From: an uncultured Gemmatimonadales bacterium
GTDB lineage: Bacteria > Gemmatimonadota > Gemmatimonadetes > Gemmatimonadales > GWC2-71-9
DNA length: 64,000 nt
Direction: 5' to 3'
Assembly: GCA_963795085.1 (NCBI GenBank)
Contig: CAWCFX010000002.1
Span: forward strand, 352,001 to 416,000
The notes under the pieces are model-generated. The model searched no databases. It worked only from the letters and a program-made list of their open reading frames with translations, and was not told where the DNA came from. Below, one piece after another: positions 58,842-64,000 of this stretch (within the stretch, counting starts at the first letter, position 1; each line of letters opens with the position of its first letter). Made by a program: the position numbers and the translations under genes.

Positions 58842-60371
58842 TTAGGAGGGCGGAGGCTCGGCTTCAAGGGCCTGGGCATACCAGTGCGTGATGGTCTGGT
58901 TGAGCTGGTCCATCACCAGGGGCCCATACCGGGAAAGATAAGGCACGATCCCGAATACGCGCTCCTGGGGCTTCCCCTCGGGGAAGACGGCGAGCCGCGC
59001 CCGTTCGATCTGGGCCATCTCGGTTTCGTGGCGGCGGCGGAGATGGGCCACGACCCGCTTTTCCAGGTCGCGGCTCTCGGACAGGGCATGCCGACGGGCA
59101 TTGTCCACCGGACGCGCCAGGTTGGGATCCACCTCCAGGGCAAGGGGCTGCACCCGGCCGTACAGCCTCTCCACCGAGCGGCGGAGGTCCTCCAGCCCGG
59201 ACACCAGTCCCGGCGGCAACTGGGAGCGGACCACCCGGGTTTCGAGGGCGCGCGCCGGCGCAAGCAGGTCCTCCAGAGTCGCCTCGTACTTACCCAGGGT
59301 GCGATCGACCCGGGGCTCCACCAGGATGCCCGACCACCGGGGTACCGGCAGCTGCCGGTGGACCCGCATCCGGTCGTAGACCGGCGCGGCGAGGGGGAGA
59401 TAGCGCAACTCTCCCGGGCCGGCGACATAGGCGACGGTCGGCAGCAGGGCGCTCTCCAGCACCGGCCGCAGGAGCACGTTGCCCGACAGCCGCTCCGGCT
59501 GGTCGGCGGCGACCCGCTGGAGGTCGGCCATCGAAAACCGTTCTCCGCTTCGCCGGGTCACGAACCCGTTCCCGTCCAGGACCAGCCGGTCCCGGCCCAG
59601 CCCGCTCTCGAGCATCACCAGGGTGGCGCCGTCGCCGGCGGTGACGCCGGCGTCATGGCCGGCGCCGGCCAGTTCCCGGGACCGCCCGGCCAGGTCGTGA
59701 TCGAGATCGCGGGCCAGCCCCAGCGCCTTGATGACGTGACGGGCCGTGGCCCGCTTGGCGGCCCGATGGGTGTTGTCGAAACAGAGCACGCCGAACGGAG
59801 CCAGGAGTTCGGCCAGCGCGCCGGCAAAACTGCCCGCCACCGTCGCGTCCGGCCGGTAGTAGCGGGCCAGCCAGGCGAGGGCATCCTGTTTGAAGTCCGA
59901 ACCGGGCAGATCCCGCTCCAGCCGGGTCAATGCGGCGGTCACCTCGGCTCCGAGCAGCTCCCGGTACATCGGGGTCAGGTCGGCATCGGCCGGTCGCTCT
60001 CGCAGGGTGGCCCGCGCCACCCTGCCCTCGACATCGGGCCAGGCCGTATGACTGGCTTCGGTAAAATCGTGATCATCGCCGGCGATCCAGAACACCGCCT
60101 GGACCGGGCGCTGCCAGCGTTCCTCCAGGTGCCTGGCAAGTGCCGCGGCGGAGAGCGCCTTGTGGATCGTGTAGAGCGGGCCGGTGAACAGCGCCGGCTG
60201 CTGGCCGGTGGTGACCATCAGGGTATCCGGCGCCAGCGCCTTGTCCAGCAACTCCGTCGCGGGCGACCCGGGCGGCGCGAGGAATGCCTCCCGTAATTCG
60301 GCGAGCTGCTGGGGAGGCCGGGCGGGGGGCCACTCCAGCGGAGCGGTGATCGGCGTGGTGACGATGCGCAC
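58842..60371 (-). CDS. bshC: Bacillithiol biosynthesis cysteine-adding enzyme
   Basis: VTTGQQ..LFTGPLYTIHKA, VFWIAGDDHDF.E, S.NVLLRPV....LPT.AYVAGPGE..Y, P.G.PQER. Confidence 0.93.
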   Translation of the reverse strand: MRIVTTPITAPLEWPPARPPQQLAELREAFLAPPGSPATELLDKALAPDTLMVTTGQQPALFTGPLYTIHKALSAAALARHLEERWQRPVQAVFWIAGDDHDFTEASHTAWPDVEGRVARATLRERPADADLTPMYRELLGAEVTAALTRLERDLPGSDFKQDALAWLARYYRPDATVAGSFAGALAELLAPFGVLCFDNTHRAAKRATARHVIKALGLARDLDHDLAGRSRELAGAGHDAGVTAGDGATLVMLESGLGRDRLVLDGNGFVTRRSGERFSMADLQRVAADQPERLSGNVLLRPVLESALLPTVAYVAGPGELRYLPLAAPVYDRMRVHRQLPVPRWSGILVEPRVDRTLGKYEATLEDLLAPARALETRVVRSQLPPGLVSGLEDLRRSVERLYGRVQPLALEVDPNLARPVDNARRHALSESRDLEKRVVAHLRRRHETEMAQIERARLAVFPEGKPQERVFGIVPYLSRYGPLVMDQLNQTITHWYAQALEAEPPPS

Positions 60372-60373
60372 GG

Positions 60374-61090
60374 TCAGGCCCGGCGGGAAAAGATGATGCA
60401 GCGGGGGGAGTCGTCTCCCAGGGGTTCACCCCGGTAGGAGCCCCGGGTCTCCATGATCTCGGCGCCGGCCCGCCGGATCATGGACTGAAGCAGCGGAGGA
60501 TCGAGGAGGCGCACCCGCTCCATGAACTTCCGGCCCTCGGGGGTTTCGATCACCTTGACCACGTAGGCTCCCTCTGAAGAAAGCCGGCGGCTCACCCGCG
60601 CGGGCCCGGTGCCGAGCGCGATGGTTTCCTGGGGCACCAGGTCCCGGGCCACCCGCGCGGCGTTGAGAAAATCGAGGACGAACCAGCCACCGGGGCGTAC
60701 ACTCTCGACCATGCCGGCCAGCGCGGCGTCGTGTTCCTCATCATTGGAAAAGTACCCGAAACTGGTGAACAGGTTTACCGTGAGGTCCATGCTGGCGGGG
60801 CGAACCGGGAGCGAGCGCATGTCGGCACGAATGAGGGGCGCTTCGGTTGCCAGCCGAGCCCGGCGGAGCAGGCTCATCGAGAGATCGAGCCCGTAGACCC
60901 GGGCACCGGCCGCGGCCAGGGCCCGGGCATGCCGCCCTGCCCCGCAGCCCACATCGAGCGTCCGCCACCCGTCCCGCCAGGGGATCACCCGCCGGATGAG
61001 GCCCACCATGGCCTCGGCATCGGCGTCATTGCGGTGGGGATAGAGCTGGAGGTACTCCTCCCCGAACCACTCTTCGAACCACTCCGTCAT
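60374..61090 (-). CDS. Class I SAM-dependent methyltransferase (candidate bacillithiol N-methyltransferase)
   Basis: WFEEWF...YL.LY.HR, LDVGCGAGRH, GLDLS, DMR, NLFTSFGYF. Its stop lies 2 nt before bshC. Confidence 0.85.
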   Translation of the reverse strand: MTEWFEEWFGEEYLQLYPHRNDADAEAMVGLIRRVIPWRDGWRTLDVGCGAGRHARALAAAGARVYGLDLSMSLLRRARLATEAPLIRADMRSLPVRPASMDLTVNLFTSFGYFSNDEEHDAALAGMVESVRPGGWFVLDFLNAARVARDLVPQETIALGTGPARVSRRLSSEGAYVVKVIETPEGRKFMERVRLLDPPLLQSMIRRAGAEIMETRGSYRGEPLGDDSPRCIIFSRRA

Positions 61091-61121
61091 CGGGTCCCTT
61101 CGGCTTGCGGGCGGCCGGCTC

Positions 61122-61589
61122 TCAGCGCCGGCCCTTGTGGTACGGTTCGCCCCGCAAAATGGTAAAGGCTCGGTAAAACTGTTCCCAGACGACGACCCGG
61201 GCCAACTCGTGCGGAAGCGTGAGCGGCCCCAGGCTCCAGGCATGCTGGCAGCGCGCGATGAAGTCCTGGTCGAGTCCCGTGGAGCCGCCGATCGCCAGCG
61301 CCAGCGGCCGCGCCTCCAGCTGCCATCGCTCCAGCCGCCGGGCCAACTCCGGGCTGGACCATGGAGAACCCTGGCGGCTCAGCGCGATGACGGTCGCCCG
61401 GGCGGGCAGTTTCGACTCGATCAGCCGGGATTCATCGAGGTTGGTTTCGGCAGGAGACCCGGTGCGGCGGGACTCCCGGATCTCGATTTCGGACACCGAC
61501 GCGTATCGGCTGAGCCGCTTCTGGTACTCATCGCACGCCTGGCGGTAGCAGGGGCGCAGCTTGCCGACCGCCAGCAGGATGATCTCCAT
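61122..61589 (-). CDS. rlmH: 23S rRNA pseudouridine-1915 N3-methyltransferase
   Basis: AVGK, Y.KRL, G...SS.ELA, IGG..G, SLG.LTLPH.LAR....EQ.YRA..I..G.PYHK. Confidence 0.95.
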   Translation of the reverse strand: MEIILLAVGKLRPCYRQACDEYQKRLSRYASVSEIEIRESRRTGSPAETNLDESRLIESKLPARATVIALSRQGSPWSSPELARRLERWQLEARPLALAIGGSTGLDQDFIARCQHAWSLGPLTLPHELARVVVWEQFYRAFTILRGEPYHKGRR

Positions 61590-61604
61590 CAGGCCGCGAC
61601 GGGG

Positions 61605-62912
61605 CTATGCGTACATGCCCCGCAGCCGGTGCACGGCGGCGACCCGCTCGATGGAAAGCATATAGGAGGCGGTCCGCATGTTCACGCCGTGCTTGTCGGC
61701 GATCGCCGCGACTTCGGCGAAGGAACGGACCATGATCCGCTCCAGCCGGTTGTTGACGGTGTCCTCGTCCCAGAAGTACCCGCCCCGGTCCTGCACCCAT
61801 TCGAAGTAGCTCACCGTGACCCCACCGGCATTCGCCAGAATATCGGGAATGACGAAGATCCCCTTCTTGTCGAGGATCGGGTCGGCGGCCGCGGTGGTGG
61901 GGCCGTTGGCCCCCTCGCAGATGATGCGGGCCCGGATATCGCCTGCGTTCTCGCTGGTAATGACGTTCTCGAGGGCGGCCGGGACCAGTACGTCGCAATC
62001 GAGAGTAAGCAACTCTTCGTTGGTGACCCTGGTCGCGCCCTTGTACCCTTCCAGGAACTTGTGGTCCCGGGTGTGCTTGATCACATCCTCGATGTGGAGC
62101 CCCTTGGGGTTGTAGATGCCGCCGGTCTTGTCGCTGACGGCCACGATGGACAGGCCGGCCCGTTCCATCAGCAGCGCGGCGATCGACCCGACATTGCCGA
62201 AGCCCTGGATCGCCACCCGGGTACCCTCCACCGGCATCCCCAGTTTCCTGAGCGCCTCCACCGTCACGATCATGCAGCCCCGCCCGGTGGCCTCCCGGCG
62301 GCCGAGGGACCCACCCATCTCAACCGGCTTTCCGGTCACCACCGCGGTCACCGTGTGCCGGTGGTGCATGGAGTAGGTATCCATGATCCAGGCCATTACC
62401 CGCTCGTTGGTGTTGACATCGGGGGCCGGCACGTCGGAGTCGGGACCCAGGGTCTCGATGATTCCCGCCGTGTACCGCCGGGTCAGTCGCTCCAGCTCCC
62501 GGTCCGACATGCCGGCCGGCTCGCAGATCACGCCCCCCTTGGCACCGCCGAACGGGATATTCACCACCGCGCATTTCCAGGTCATCCAGGCGGCGAGCGC
62601 GGTGACTTCGTCCAGGGTCACATTCATGTCGAACCGGATGCCGCCCTTGGCCGGCCCCCGCGAGGTGTTGTACAGCACCCGGTATCCCGTGTAGACCTCG
62701 ACCTCGCCGTTATCCCGCAGGACCGGCACCGAGATGATGATCTGCTTTTCCGGGCTCCGCAGCACTTTGTACAGGCCGGGATCCAGTTTGAGCCGTTCCG
62801 CCGCGTCGTCGAACCGCGACATCATGGCCTCGAACGGGTTCTCCTCGCTGGTGAAGCGGGTGTCCCGGTCGGGACGGATCAGTTTCTGGGGTCGGCCACT
62901 GGTGGTCGTCAT
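61605..62912 (-). CDS. gdhA: Glutamate dehydrogenase (Glu/Leu/Phe/Val dehydrogenase family)
   Basis: [63 protein letters not shown]. Confidence 0.93.
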   Translation of the reverse strand: MTTTSGRPQKLIRPDRDTRFTSEENPFEAMMSRFDDAAERLKLDPGLYKVLRSPEKQIIISVPVLRDNGEVEVYTGYRVLYNTSRGPAKGGIRFDMNVTLDEVTALAAWMTWKCAVVNIPFGGAKGGVICEPAGMSDRELERLTRRYTAGIIETLGPDSDVPAPDVNTNERVMAWIMDTYSMHHRHTVTAVVTGKPVEMGGSLGRREATGRGCMIVTVEALRKLGMPVEGTRVAIQGFGNVGSIAALLMERAGLSIVAVSDKTGGIYNPKGLHIEDVIKHTRDHKFLEGYKGATRVTNEELLTLDCDVLVPAALENVITSENAGDIRARIICEGANGPTTAAADPILDKKGIFVIPDILANAGGVTVSYFEWVQDRGGYFWDEDTVNNRLERIMVRSFAEVAAIADKHGVNMRTASYMLSIERVAAVHRLRGMYA

Positions 62913-62937
62913 AGTGAGAAATAGGCTCCAGGTACAG

Positions 62938-63987
62938 TCATGGTGAGAGTCGGGACACCGGGGTTACCACGGCATCCAGTCCAGCGGAAATCTCCTCCTC
63001 GCCCTCTTCCCAGGTGAGGTCGAGCACGGCGACCAGGGGTTCGGGCGCATTATTGGGCCAGCGGTCCCGCAACTTTACCGCGTCCTTCTCGGTGATGACC
63101 ACGTGGTCCGCGCGGCGCGCCGCGTGGGCCAGCCAGGCGACGTCCTCGTCGCGGTAGTCGTGGTGATCCCGCCAGGTGGCCACCTGGACGGCGGCGCCGG
63201 TCGCCTTGGTCTGGGCCACGAACGCTTCCGGGTCGGCGATGCCCGACGCGGCCACTACCCGGCGGCCCCGAAGGTCGCTGGCCGGCACCCCTCTCCCCGA
63301 CACCAGCCCCTCCAGCCGGCTCAGGCCGAGATGGGCGATGGCGACCGGCCCGTCGATCCGGCCCAGCATTTCTTTCGACAGCTGAAGGGCGGCCTCGGCA
63401 CTGGCCCGCTTGCGGGTGATGATGATCGCATCGGCGCGGTCCAGCGCATTGACGCTCTCCCGCCAGGGCCCGGCCGGCAGGGGCCAGCGCACCGCCCGGG
63501 TGGTCTCCGCGCTGATCAGCACGATGTTATAGTCCCGGCGGACATCCAGGCGCTGGAACGCGTCATCGAGAATCAGCACATCGGCACCCCGGGCCAGCGC
63601 CCGTTCGGCGCCGGCGGCGCGGTCCGGGTCCGGCACAACCACGCTCTCCGGCACCGACCGGGCATGCACCCTGGCCTCGTCTCCCCCGATACCACGCAGG
63701 AGAATGCCCGGTGTGAGTCCGCGAGCCGCATAGTATCGGGCGATCCAGATCGCGACCGGCGTCTTGCCAGACCCGCCCACCGTCAGATTCCCGACCGCGA
63801 CCGAGGGCAGCGGCAGGTCGTGGGTCTCGAACCAGCCGCGCCGATAGGCGGTGGTGCGCACGTTCATCGTGACCCTCCACAGGGCCGACGCGGGCAGCAG
63901 CGCCAACCGCGCGAGTCGGGCATCGATCCGCCGGCTGGTCCACAGCCAGCGGATTACGCGGTGGGTATCGCCCCGCCGTCCCGGCAT
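62938..63987 (-). CDS. lpxK: Tetraacyldisaccharide (lipid A) 4'-kinase
   Basis: [48 protein letters not shown]. Confidence 0.93.
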   Translation of the reverse strand: MPGRRGDTHRVIRWLWTSRRIDARLARLALLPASALWRVTMNVRTTAYRRGWFETHDLPLPSVAVGNLTVGGSGKTPVAIWIARYYAARGLTPGILLRGIGGDEARVHARSVPESVVVPDPDRAAGAERALARGADVLILDDAFQRLDVRRDYNIVLISAETTRAVRWPLPAGPWRESVNALDRADAIIITRKRASAEAALQLSKEMLGRIDGPVAIAHLGLSRLEGLVSGRGVPASDLRGRRVVAASGIADPEAFVAQTKATGAAVQVATWRDHHDYRDEDVAWLAHAARRADHVVITEKDAVKLRDRWPNNAPEPLVAVLDLTWEEGEEEISAGLDAVVTPVSRLSP

Positions 63988-64000
63988 GCATCCTCCACGA

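Overview
High-GC bacterial chromosomal segment, most likely from a diderm Gemmatimonadota (FCB group) organism. This is inferred from futalosine menaquinone genes, a Kdo/Lpt LPS operon, bshC, Ig-like/beta-propeller lipoproteins and the style of the pilin. The window is mostly core genome, with no transposase, prophage, CRISPR array or rRNA. Left arm (nearly all + strand): CPA2 K+/H+ antiporter, mqnE-mqnA-mqnC-ispF-dedA/terB-xerD, kdsB-pyrG-kdsA-kdsC-kdsD-lptC-lptA-lptB-rpoN, a cell-surface glycosylation cluster and dapF, interrupted by three inserts of unusual secreted lipoprotein genes. Right arm (all - strand): tRNA-Arg(CCT), apt, acyP, dedA, pcm, surE, merR-type regulator, gpsA, plsY, der, DUF512, a sigma54-type type IV pilin, a hydroquinone/maleylacetate-type catabolic trio, an amidohydrolase, tRNA-Gly(CCC), larC, thrC, uvrC, murJ, bshC with a methyltransferase, rlmH, gdhA and lpxK. 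The two arms converge on a 28-bp dif site at 37334-37361, so the window probably spans the replication terminus. The most interesting signals are the dif/terminus with adjacent DnaA-box-like 9-mers, strong enrichment of the Bacteroidota-type O-glycosylation sequon D-(S/T)-(A/I/L/V/M/T) in exported proteins next to a polyprenol-phosphate/flippase/GT-C cluster, a candidate N-methyl-bacillithiol gene pair, an LptB with an extra N-terminal domain, a DedA-TerB fusion and a half-swapped ring-cleaving dioxygenase. All calls were made by eye and no database searches were run.
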